Shown here piece by piece: positions 42,201 through 54,336 of a DNA stretch of 64,000 nucleotides. Below the pieces are notes generated by a model. That model saw only the letters and a list, made by a program, of their open reading frames with translations. It searched no databases and was not told the origin of the DNA. How positions within the stretch are numbered: position 1 is the stretch's first letter; every line of letters starts with the position of its first letter. This DNA comes from Dimorphilus gyrociliatus (taxonomy: Eukaryota > Animalia > Annelida), in contig CAJFCJ010000016.1 of assembly GCA_904063045.1 (NCBI GenBank), positions 310,001 to 374,000 on the forward strand. The letters run 5' to 3'. The position numbers were made by a program, and so were the translations under genes.

Positions 42201-43818
42201 GTAATATAGGTGTTATTTTTAATAAATATTAAGCACATTCGTTTAAAAGAGGTGCGATAATTGGTTTGATATTGAGCAACACCGTATCTGTATGATATCT
42301 TTATTAGCGAAATGAACAAAGTTGGTAAAATTAAGGAAATACATAGGTGTGGCTGGATGGAGATTAAACGAAATAGGTGTTGAGGATAGAAACTGGAAAT
42401 AGGCTTGAAAGAGAAAAAATATATTAAAAGTAGGACTTTATTTTAATAGAACACCTAGCTTGTTATATATCTTAATGTTCTATATAATTATATAAAATAT
42501 ACATGTTATACTTTGATATATATACATAAATTTATATATATACTGTATATATACAGTATATATATATATATACTTAAGTACAGTCCACGAAGGCGGACGT
42601 TAGGCAATGAAGGGAAAAAATGTAAATATATGAAGTGTAAATATTATTGAAAGGTTTTTCACAAATTTTCAATCCAGATTTAAACAGCTGCGTGCTTTTT
42701 CCAATATATAAAGAAATACGAACGCCATTTACAAACTGATTCTCTATTTCCGTTTCTTTATGCAAACTTATATCGATCGCCGTAACGAATCCCTTACGCT
42801 TATCGTTGGTTTACGCAAGCCTAACGCCTTCGATTATACAATTTAAGAATTAAGTTCTTGTCTTGAAACTTCTTTGTTAGAGCTAATTTTTTTTATCATT
42901 TTTAAGCTTTTTCCAAGTCTTACTCTCGAATTTAAGCTAATTCTTTAATGAATTGATGTAATATTATGTATTTTACAGGTAGGAATCTTGAGGTGAAGAG
43001 ATCATTGATTATTTACAATGATGCTTTTGAAGCTTGTATTATTTCCTTACCTCCCCTAGAAAATATGGAAATGACTCTTGTATTTGCAAAAGTATTGATA
43101 TTATTCTATTACAGCTGAATCCATCAACGACAATTCATTCGCCTCAGGTTCAATAAGCAATTGCTTGTATTTTTTTCTAAATGTTTCTGTAGTGCACTAA
43201 CTGGCGCGTGATTTAGAGTCATTAGACTTAATATGGTAGGTTTAATTGAAATATTGTCCGGAAATTGATTAGTCTTCTAAGAAGCAAATCCAAGTAAACC
43301 ATGTGCAATGAACCGACCAGCTCAGAATTAGGACGAAATATTCTAAATTTAACTTTTTTTATAAAACATAAAAAAAAACCTGTAACTAAGTCAGACAAGA
43401 GGAAAATATTCTTCGTCTTCTATTTATCTTTATTTTCTTTTCTTTCTCTTCCCCTCTTACTCTTTTTCCTATGCTTATACCGTGTCTGTATTTGACTATT
43501 TATTCGATTATTTTTCTCCCTCTTTCTCTATCTCCTGCTGAATGTACATGTTTTTTAAGATGATTAAACGTAAATCCATTAAAAATGTTATATAAAATAA
43601 AAATAGTAAAATACCCCAAAGACAAAGACAAAGCGAGAAATGAAGCATTGGGCGTGAAAATGATAAGAGAAAAACTAAGCATTACTAGGAATAGAGATTA
43701 CTTTCTTGTTTAAGCCTATTAATTTAAAGTTTACGATTCTTTCACTTTACCCACTTCCCACCCTTATCCTTGTTTTTCTTTTTATACCTACCACTTATAG
43801 CTTCCTTTAAAGAAGATA

Positions 43819-43860
<42 letters not shown>

Positions 43861-45041
43861 TCTCTTTCATATCATATACGACTAGAGAAATGAGTGATTA
43901 AAAAATAATAATACTAGAGTGAATTGAACCTTAACTACCGATGGAAAATCACCGTACTCCATCAAACGCCGTTAAGAGACGCGCGAAATTGTAGCGTTAA
44001 GATTAAAGAGACGTTTCGCCTAAACGCCTTTGATTACATAGGCGAACAGGATTTTCTTGTAATTGCCAGTTTGTTTTTGTCTTTTTTTGCAGAGGCGCTA
44101 TTTGCCAAGGTCTATGATAGAGAGCAAGTTATACCTCAATGGTTGTTTACTATAACTTTTTGGTTGGGCTACTGCAACAGGTACGAATATTTCATCACTC
44201 GTATATAATCTCTCTGTTCCTTTTGAGATATCCCACGAGAGACGCTTTCCTTACTAGGGAAATATAAGAGAATATTAAAAGGGTAACAGGGTGGGGCAGG
44301 GCAAAAAAGATGACACTTTTCTTGTATTTATGCATAGTATATAGAATACTTTTTTTACGAAAAGAAAACGTGGGAACTCTCCTTTTGGTGTAAAACAAAT
44401 ATACAAAGTAACAAGTCGAGGTATTACGTTTTTAATGAAACTTTGTAATAAGAAAGTTACTGGACTGCTCTGTTTGTTTAAATGTTACTTTACATATTCT
44501 TCTAAAAATATATACTCTAAAATCCTTGTTGGGATGAAAAAGAAATGATTTTTTCACCCTTGATGATGTACTTTCCTCTTCCTTTCACAGCCTCATGAAT
44601 CCTATAATCTATGCCTGCTCGAGTCGGGAATTTAAAAGAGCCTTCGTCCGTATTCTCAGATGCCAATTTGCCAAAAGTAGGAGGAGGTTGCCTGGTGAAA
44701 ATTCTTTTGCAACGGAAGCACCATCAGCAACAGCTTCTGCAACAGACCTTCGTCAAGTTGGTCGTAAAAAAGCTTTATATAGGAGAAAATTCAAAAAGTT
44801 CTGGAATCGAGGAAAATCCTATCTCGATTCAGATCAGGATATATCAATGGAGGAGTGTAATAGCCTAATGAACAGAAGAAAAGAAGATAACGGAAGGTTA
44901 GACTGTCCAAGGACTCGTATACCCACGAGGATACCGGACATTGTTATTGAAGAATTGACTGCAGAGCCACCTATAGATGTAGAAAAACCTCGTAAGCGAG
45001 TTCCAACTTCCGATGGAAGAGACAGTATAATGTGGTTATAG
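31713..45041 (+). CDS. ADRA1: Alpha-1 adrenergic-type aminergic GPCR; exons 31713-32083, 33230-33732, 44093-44180, 44591-45041
   Basis: Junction phases (2, 1, 2) are consistent. TM3 '[25 protein letters not shown]', TM5 '[13 protein letters not shown]', ICL3 'VTLRIH', '[17 protein letters not shown]' and TM7/H8 '[33 protein letters not shown]' closely resemble vertebrate ADRA1 sequences as I recall them. No search was run. Confidence 0.85.
34523..34561. repeat. (TA)n microsatellite in ADRA1 intron 2
   Basis: Pure TA run read directly from the sequence. Confidence 0.95.
39205..39241. repeat. (AG)n microsatellite in ADRA1 intron 2
   Basis: Pure AG run read directly from the sequence. Confidence 0.95.
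43821..43858. repeat. (TA)n microsatellite in ADRA1 intron 2
   Basis: Pure AT run read directly from the sequence. Confidence 0.95.
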
Positions 45042-45610
45042 AGAAGAAGAATTTTCCACGCTCTTTAAGACTTTTTAATAACGCTCTCTCCTAATTGAAG
45101 AGAGTGAAAAAGAGAAAGAAAAAATGAAAAAAATCTATTTTGTCTTCCAGATAATAAGATAGTAATTAATCATGAGATAACGGAAGAGCTGATTTTACCA
45201 ATTACTGCAGGAAAATGCATTCCGATATCTAATAGAGAGAAGAATTATGAAGAAAAGGGGAAATGAACAAAAGAAAGCTGTTTCAAGTGGGGAATCAAGC
45301 AAAGAAGAAAGGATTTTAAAGGCGTGAAAGCACGAAAAGGAAAAAATTTGAAAAAAAAAATATTAGTAAGACTAATTAACTGAATTTACCACCGAAATGT
45401 TTTTTTTATTAACGATTCATAATTAACTGAATAAGTTAATTATTAATTTTTATTTGTTTTTTTTTTTTAAAAAAAAAAAGAAGACAAACGAAAAACTTTT
45501 ACAAAAAATTATTTTCTTTTTTTGAAACAAAAAAAAAATCCACCGAAAATCTTGAATTTTTCAAAAACATGAAAATTATTAATTCTAGATAAATACATTG
45601 ACCGTTGATT

Positions 45611-45652
45611 TTCTTCTTCTTCTTCTTCTTCTTCTTCCTCATCTTCTTCTTC
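45611..45652. repeat. (TTC)n trinucleotide repeat downstream of ADRA1
   Basis: TTC run with one interruption, read directly from the sequence. Confidence 0.9.
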
Positions 45653-48266
45653 TTTCTATTCTTTATCTTTCCTCCTTTAATCATCTCTACTATTTTTTTT
45701 TTTTTTGAAAAAATGAAAGAAAAGTTAAAAAAGAAGAGAAAAGAGGAAAGAAAAGAAGAAGAAAAAAAAACAATACCAATTACTTAATTATTCGGTAATT
45801 AGATGCTGAAAGGACAATTAGGACATTGATTTTAATGTATTCGAACACGAGAAAAGGCTCTTTTTTCTCATTTTTTTTTATATAGAAATAACAAAAGAAA
45901 AATTTTAATACAAAAAAAAAATTGTTGATAATAATTTATTTATTAATTTCTTTCTTTATTTGATTTACTTGAATTGTTGCCAGTTTTTTCTAAGCTATTT
46001 ATATATATATAAGTTTATTAATATTACACGCAACATGCTGAACATTATGTTTATATGTCATTATATTGCAGATATATACAGTAGTTCTTTTTTTTTGGGG
46101 AAAAAAACCCGTATGTTAATAACATTATGTCTAATACTTTAGGATTGCTCAAAAGCCGGATTAACGTTAATCTGATATAATCTCTTTCCAACATCCAATT
46201 CGGGACGCTTTAGGCCTTCTTAGGAAATATTTCTACATCTTTCGTTGTGTTGTCTTCGGTTGCAAGTTAGGTTTTTACTTAGGGTAGAGTTTCCTTGTTT
46301 GAAGGGCGACTAGGTTTGCATTACAAAGCTTTATTATTTAACAGATATGATACGGGGCTAAGTTGAATATTTGGAAAGATGACTATGACCTATGCTATAT
46401 GTTTATGATACGATAGTTAAGGAGTTCCAAGTGGTAAAAGAGAAAGATAAAGAAAAAGATGGAGAGAGAGAGAGAGAGAGATGGAGAGGGGCAGAGATAT
46501 TGAGAAAAGGGGAAAAGAGAAAGAAATTGTGAGAGAATTAGAACAGAGACAGGCAGAGAGAGAAAGAGAAATAACATGAATAATGTTCTCGATCACATTA
46601 AGATGTTATCTCCGTCATATTTATAATTAATAATTCATATTTTAAAGGCAAAACTAACTTTTTAAACCCTTTATACTTTAATTTTACTATTTAAAAATAT
46701 TAATATTCATCAAGAAGTATTAAGACAACAAGAAAAAATACGAAAACAAAAATGGCTTTCGGCAATATTTTTCATTTCAGAATACCTTTGAGACGAATTA
46801 AATCATAGTCGATTGTTACGGCAGTCTACTTATAGGAACATAGACACAGTCAGATACTAATCCATTAAACTCCCTAATACTTTAGTAAGATTATATTTAT
46901 TGAATATTTTGTTGTATATTTAAGGATTCTCGTAACAAACATGACAGATAAAAAGCAAATTAGTAAATATAGGTTAATCAACCCTAACTTATAATAAAAG
47001 ATACTAGAGGAAAAACAACAAGAAAGACACAAAGGATATATTGTAGACTTTATATAGAATAATACATTAAATTTGATAATTTATTTGTGTCGAAGGAAAT
47101 ACACGGATTAATTAAGTAGTGTAATCAATCAAACACTAATTATAAACCTTCTCCCTAGACCGTGAACCCTACCTCTAATCTTTTCGTAATTATCCCCTTT
47201 ATTATTTTAATATAAAAACTGAATCATTTCGGCTGTTTTAACCGAAATGCTTAGATCGTAAATAATAACTGTAGACATCCTTCTTCCTTTCATTTTCTGT
47301 ATATCTATCTATCTATCTATCTAGTCTACTCCATTCTTTCTTTCATATCAACATACAAGTAGAGAGAGAGAGAGAGACATTCTGGATTATCAACTACACA
47401 CCAGGTGGCCCATTCCTTTGAAACAAAATTTTCTCTATACAAAAGTATCAATTTGTTATTATATTTTAATTTAAACTATCAACTTTCAAATTATATTGAA
47501 AAGGAAAAAAATCATTAATTTTATTCGTTTATTTACTTAATTAAACTAGTATATTTTTATCATTTGTATCATGACTAATTAGGAGAATTGTATTTGGTCT
47601 TAGACTAGCTTAACCATTTCATCCCTTAAGGTTCATTTGAAGATCAGTCATTCGAAAATTAAGAATTTTCACTATTGTAAAATACATATACAGTATTACT
47701 ATTTATACGGTTTATATACATATATACATATACTAATATATGTAATGCATAAATAAATACTAGACAGTAATTTAAAAATCAATCTTTTCAAGCGCCTTAC
47801 GCATGCGCAATAAAAAATAGAATAGAAAGAACAGAAAATATAATATTTCTCTTTTTTTTTCCTCTTCAATATATTTTTTTTTTAATGTCAAAGTACTCAA
47901 TAAAGACTATTTTTATATTTATAATACTCGATTAAATCAAAGAAAGCACCATCTAACGGCTATATTGTAAAGAAATGAATGTACTTTACAAGTAATTAAT
48001 ACTAATAAATAAATATGAATAAATATAACTTTTGCATTGAGTATTGTATTTATCATATTTTCTCTTTGTTCCTTTCCAAGAATTTGCCCTTCATTCCTAA
48101 TTCCTCTTTCTTTTTCTTATTAATAATCCGCTTATATATTCATTTTCTCTCATTCTCTCTTTATTTAATAAATGATAGAATAAAAAATTATTAAAGAATT
48201 TTTATAGCCTTTTTTTCTTAATGTATGCTGAGATTTATTCCTTATCCTTTTCCCGCTTTTGGCCTT

Positions 48267-48303
<37 letters not shown>

Positions 48304-48590
48304 GTCTTTCTCTCTTTCCGGTTTTCCCTCTTCTCTTTACCATATTGTTTTTGTAGCTTAACGATTAAATACGTAATGATCACACTGCCTAGAGTATTTA
48401 TTCAGCTAATTGCTTACTTTACTCTCATGAATAAATTAAGTTTCTCCGAGTTATAAGTTAAACTATTGGAAAGCTAGGTAGGAAACGCATCAAAGCGGAT
48501 CGTGAGATTGAATTCTAAGAAGAAAGGGAAAGGATATCAAATAAGTTCCGGTCAATTTTTTCCATTCCATTTTAGGTTATCTAAAGCAGG

Positions 48591-50059
48591 ATGAGGATAT
48601 TTTTATTTCTCTTCAGCTTATTTAGCCTTATCAACGGAAATTTTGCTCAAGGAAAGTTTACTTTTTAATTTCTTTTTCATTGTATAGAGCATTGTATACA
48701 TGCTTATGAGTTATATTAATAAGTAAATATTAATATATGATGAGATATTTGAACGAAACAGAGAGTATTGAAGAGAAAATCTATGAGAAACTTTTCAAAG
48801 ATTATCCAAAGACTAGACCAAAAAAGGATTCGTTTAAACCAGTTATCGTTGAAGTTGGTTTAAGTATTCTACAAATTTTTGACCTAAATGAACAAACGCA
48901 AACCTTTACAACTACCTGCAAAATAGTAGTAAGTTGGTTAGATGATTATTTGGGTAATTAAACAACTGCTCTCTTGTAGATAGTAAATTAACATTTTACT
49001 ATAAATAATTAGGTTGGAATATCACTCAAACGGGACCAGTTTATACTCTACAAATAAAAGGTCGCAATATCTGGTTACCAGATATTGTTATAACTAACAG
49101 TGCCGCCAAGATGGACCAAAGATCAGCCTGGGAATCCAGCGACGTTCAAATTACATACCAGGGCTCCATCTTTTGGCTAATAGGCGGTAAATTGCAAACT
49201 TTCTGTCAATTAGATATGACCTATTTCCCTTTCGATCACCAACTGTGCCTCATAACACTTGGAACATGGTCTCATAGTACAAGAACTTTAATTTTAAAGA
49301 ACTTGTCCTCAACGGTTGATTTAAGCTTTATGGAAGAGAACGGTGGTTGGGTGATTCTTTGGACAAGAGTCGAACCAACAATTTTTCCGGCTAGTAGATT
49401 CGAATTAACAAGCACAGTATCTTATTTATTTTGCTTGAAGAGGAGAACTTCTTATCACATGATTAACATTATAGTACCTTGTGTAGTAATATCGATTTTA
49501 GCCGCATTGGGATTTCTAATACCCAGCGAAGCCGGTGAAAAAATCTCCTATGGCATAACAGTCTTATTATCATTTACCGTATTCCAATTAAAATTAGCCG
49601 ATTCCATACCGGAAAGTAGTCTATCAACACCAATTCTGTGTAAGTTAATGCTCCTTTCTTCCACTGTTTTCCATTTTTCCCAAATTAGATTGAAATAACT
49701 CTCACTAAATCTTTTTAACAGCGATTTATCTGACAATTACAATGATTCTATCCGGTTTATCCGTTTTATCTTCAATGTTTATTATAAGATTCCATTTCAA
49801 TAAGAAACAACCGCCTAAATTATTAACTAAGATTTGTTTTGGAAAGAATCATTTAAGAAATGATTTATCACCTTCTCAAATCGATAACGAAATTAGAAGA
49901 AGATGGAAGAAAATAGCAAACAGACTCAATTATATTTTGATGCTCATATTTTCAACAATAATTATTATAGTCTCAATAACAATGTTAAATATTTTGCCAC
50001 TATCCTCACCAAACAAATGTATTGAAGCTGATTTTTTTTCTTCTAATTACACAACCTAA
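48591..50059 (+). CDS. Divergent nicotinic-acetylcholine-receptor-like Cys-loop ligand-gated ion channel subunit (non-alpha); exons 48591-48655, 48745-48953, 49013-49639, 49722-50059
   Basis: The model has a signal peptide MRIFLFLFSLFSLINGNFA, 'WLPDIV', the Cys loop 'CQLDMTYFPFDHQLC', M1 'INIIVPCVVIS', M2 'GEKISYGITVLLSFTVF', and M3 and M4 segments. Splice phases (2, 1, 1) are consistent. Confidence 0.9.
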
Positions 50060-50420
50060 CTAAAGGTTATTTTTATCTATACTCTCTCGTTCCATATCTC
50101 CCTCTCTCCTCTGTCTGTCTTTCTCTCTCTCCTAACAACTAAAAATGAATAAATTAAATGACGATATAATTCCTCCATTTATTGCAATAAATATTTCAAC
50201 AGTTTCGAGTATTATTTGAACAGAAGTAAACTCGTAAAGTTATATTGAACAGTAAGTAATACAGATGCTGAATAAGCCCGTGACAAACCTTTTCAATAGA
50301 AAATGGAACAAAAATTAATTACAGTTTTACAATAAAATGGAATGTAAAACAAGCAGAAGAATAATAAATAGAAAAAAAAACAATTAGAACACTTTCTTTT
50401 TTTTTTAGGTAGTATCTTTA

Positions 50421-51384
50421 TTATATGCAGCAAGTCTTAATTTTGGTAGATTTACCTAGAACCAGATTAATGTCGTTTGATATAAACTTTGAATCGGAAT
50501 GTAAAGAGACTAGTTCCTATGAGAAGAAAAGAAGTTTTAATATTAAACTATAAAGAAAAAGATGAAAATTGAATAATAAAAACCTTAGTTAAATTTATAA
50601 ATGATTCATTTATATTACAACAATCCTTTGCGCTTACTTCAATCATACTAAACATATTATATTTTTCGCTAAAGAGCTTTGCCTTTTCAGTACTAATCCG
50701 TCGAGCTTGTTCCAAATCACACTTATTCCCTAGAATAGAATATTTCAAAGTCACTATTCTCTCATAATTAATTAAATTCAGAATTCCTTTATTCAATTAA
50801 CTTTTACTATTTAATTATGATTCTCTTTATTACCTATTAATACTTTAAGTACGTTATTTCCAGTGTACTTTCGAACATCTTCTAACCATTTTTCAATATT
50901 TTCAAATGATTTCTCCTTAGTAATATCGTATACTAAGAGAACAGCGTGTGCAGATCTATAATAGGATTGAGTAATTGTCTTGAATCTCTCTTGTCCCGCC
51001 GTATCCCATATTTGTAGCTGTTTTTTTCGTTTTTTTCGAATGGAAAATGAATAATAGAAATGTTATTGGTTTATGAATAACAAAGAGAAGAGGAGTAACT
51101 CTATCCCTTATTATTCTTATATATTCTCCTATGTAGTAATTGATTCTATTATACTTATTTTACACATTAATATAGAGTAACTCGAAGAATTTGTTTACCT
51201 TTATTTTTTTGTCATCAATTACGATTGTTTTCATTGTAAAATCAACACCAATTGTTGAACCGTACTGTTCCATGAATAGACCACTTTTGAAACGTTGAAC
51301 TATACACGTTTTACCAACACCGGCGTCACCAATTAGTACAATTTTGAAGAGGTAATCGAATTGTTCTACTTCGTCCGAATCCAT
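50421..51384 (-). CDS. RAB43: Rab GTPase, Rab43 (Rab19/43 group); exons 51384-51199, 51017-50834, 50729-50584, 50516-50421
   Basis: P-loop GDAGVGKT, effector region [42 protein letters not shown] and a C-terminal CCI prenylation motif are present. All junctions are GT-AG and in phase. Confidence 0.88.
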
Positions 51385-51839
51385 TATTGGAACGAATTTA
51401 AAGGGCTATATGAAACTTGGGAGAAAATTTCTACCAAATGAAATATCTTACAACAATTTACACAGAATTATTCCAGTCTTTGTACCTTTATTTATAATTG
51501 AAAATGTAGGAGTCGTAATAATCAATAAAAGTTGCTTCTTCAACGATATTTTTTGAGCCTAAATTTTCTGACTGCGTTGAAATTATGTCTTGATTACTAA
51601 TTTGTTCATAATATAGATGTCGCTAGCTACCTAAAGAGAACGTATATTCTAAATGCTTTTTTTTTAGCTATATTCTAATAAGTTCAAGCCTGTTTTACTG
51701 TCATACTTAAAAAAAAGGAGCTCGAAACAATTACGATAGTGTCATATTTTAATGGAATAGGCCTATATTATAAGGTACAAATAGATATTAGGATTCAAGG
51801 CCTTAGAAACTTGGTTAAAACACTTACAGATATTAAGTT

Positions 51840-54336
51840 ATGGAGAAGAAATATCCCAAACAATTTGAGCCTGATTCGGGTTGGTCATGGATGATTCTTT
51901 TATCCGCCTTCTTTTCAAATTTCATTTTTGACGGAATCATATTCTCATTTGGTATTTTTCTTCCCGAAATTCTACTTCATTACGAATCGAGTCATGCATT
52001 AACTTCGTGGGTTGGTTCGACTATAAGCGCCGTTTACGCTCTCGTTGGACCGCTTGCGAGCTATTTAGCAGAAAGATTCGGGTGTAAATTAACAACTATC
52101 ATTGGAAGTATTCTAGCCGCTTCGGGTTTTGTTTTATCTACTTTTTGTACAGAAATATGGCAATTAATAATTACCTATGGTATTATATCTGGTGTTGGTT
52201 TTGGTAAGTCATAGAAATAATCTAGATGTACTTAGACAAAAAATAAGAGAATAATTCAAAGATTGTTGTTCTTTCTTTTATTTAATGACGGAGGAGGAGG
52301 AGGAAAGGAATAATAAAGAAGAAAACAGATAATTATTACTGTTATTATTATTAAGACAATGCGACTTAATCTAGATTATATCTATGGGTTTAATGTATCT
52401 CTGCTCGTATGTTATGATTGGTCATTACTTTAACAAATGGAGGGCATTCGCCACTGGATTCTCATCATGTGGTTCGGGTGTGGGAACATTCGTTTTTGCT
52501 CCGCTTTCCGCCTACTTAATTGAACAATTTGGGTGGAGGGGAGCGTTACTCATACATGCTGGTATTACTTTACAAGGTTGCGTAATAGGTATGACATTCA
52601 GAAGTGTAAATGAATTAACAACAAATGCTGATGGAACAAATGAGAAAAATAAAGGCAAGAAGAGAACAATCGACTTTAAACTTCTTCTGAATATCCCATT
52701 TATGCTTTTCTGTATATCATCGTTCCTCTGCGCAATCGGTAAGTTAAATGTTGTAGTTTCTTTCTTTTTCTCTTTTACTGAGAGGACATTATTTTTAAAT
52801 GTCACCTATATAATTCAAGCATGACACAATTTAAAATTCGAGGTCGTTCAAGTCATGATTATGTACAAAAAAAAAGAAAATAACACTTTACAAAGTATAT
52901 ATTACGTCGTTTAATTGATTTATCTATATAACTATCTGTCTTTCTTCATCCAACTCTTTCTTTCTCTCTCTCTCTCTCACATAAATAGTGAGCTATTAAC
53001 ATATTAAATTATTGCTATTTATTTATTATCCTGTGTGTTAAACCTCTATTATTTTAGGGGTAGAAATAACAAGTTAAGTTTAATTTAATGAAAATGTATA
53101 AATCTAAACTAGATACTCAAGACAAAACTAATCTGTTCAAAAATCAGATTATACTTGGCTTATCTTCAGTATCAGTTAAAGGTAGATGATCTATTTAAAA
53201 ATCACGATTGAGCAATGTCAATTGAAGTTAGTCAAACAACAAAAAAAAGAACTATTACTAATGTACATTATATTCCAATAGATGGCGTATTAAAATATAT
53301 TATATACATATTTATTGAGTAATTTATAAGCTTGTACTTTGTCAAATCCGAATTTCTTTCGATTAGATATCATAATTAACAAATCACCTGTTTGTATACT
53401 TAAATACGATAGTAAGCCTTATCTATTCTCAATAGTAAGTATAACCATACAAATATATATATCAGCACGTGTCGTAATTAAAATATATTATCAAACTTAT
53501 TTCGCTTGTTAATTAGTTTCTAATGAATATTCATATATTAATATAATGTAATACATATTTGTTTTGCAGGATTCTTTGTACCTTCAACATATTTGCCCGA
53601 TTATGCAATATCAAAAGGGATTAGTCGGAGAAAAAGTGCATTTTTACTAAGTTTATTTGGTATCTTTAATACTTTGGGTAGAATTGTTTGCGGTTTAATA
53701 TCTGACAATTCGAAAGTAGACCCACTTCAAATATACTACCTTGCTCTAATTGCTGGCGGATGTACAACCATGTTTGTCAGTTTTATGGTAGCTTATTGGC
53801 AACTATGCATCTACGCTGCCATATATGGAATAACAATTGGTAAGCATAAACAACTGGAAAGGAAGATAGCTACTGGATTAACTTTTGTCATATTAATAAT
53901 TTAATCTCTTCTTTCAGCAATATATGTTTCTTTATGTGCAATTATCATAATCGACCTATTAGGTCTTGAAAAACTATCCAACGCTTTTGGATTTTTAAAC
54001 ATGTTTCGTGGCTTTTCAACATTCATCGGAGTTCCAACTGCAGGTTTATTTACTTTATAATATATTAATACATGTACAAGTTTTATAGTACTATATGAAT
54101 TTTAATAATTAGGTGCTTTATATGATATATCGGGAAACTATCGTTTGGCCTTTTATGTAGCTGGTGGTGCTATTGCTGCATCAGGTTTAATATGCATACC
54201 ATTAAAATGCTGCCTACGGTGGCGAGAAGAGAAAAGAAAGTTAAAGGCAATTAATAAAATAGTAGTTGTTGACGAAGAAACGTCCCTACTGAAAAAGAAA
54301 TCACCAGAACTTACTAGTCGTATTACTACTTGTTAA
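51840..54336 (+). CDS. Monocarboxylate transporter (SLC16/MFS family); exons 51840-52203, ~52388-52738, 53570-53839, 53918-54043, 54113-54336
   Basis: The SLC16 signature 'PDSGWSWMIL' is present, with 'GPLASYLAERFGC', 'HYFNKWRAFATG', 'GRIVCGLISD' and 'DLLGLEKLSNAFG'. All junctions are in phase except the first acceptor, which reads GG instead of AG (see findings). Confidence 0.9.
53276..53288 (+). promoter_or_regulatory. CTCF-like motif CAATAGATGGCGT (copy 3, in MCT intron 2)
   Basis: Exact 13-mer match to copies 1 and 2. Confidence 0.5.

Noticed and set aside
42541-42558. Resemblance of TACTGTATATATACAGTA to a bacterial LexA SOS box
   Set aside because: The spacing is CTG-N8-CAG rather than N10, the context is a eukaryotic intron, and the motif is part of the dispersed TA-associated repeat.
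50338-50345. miR-1 8mer site (ACATTCCA on the minus strand) in the probable Rab43 3' UTR
   Set aside because: A single 8-mer in AT-rich DNA is compatible with chance, and there are no conservation data.
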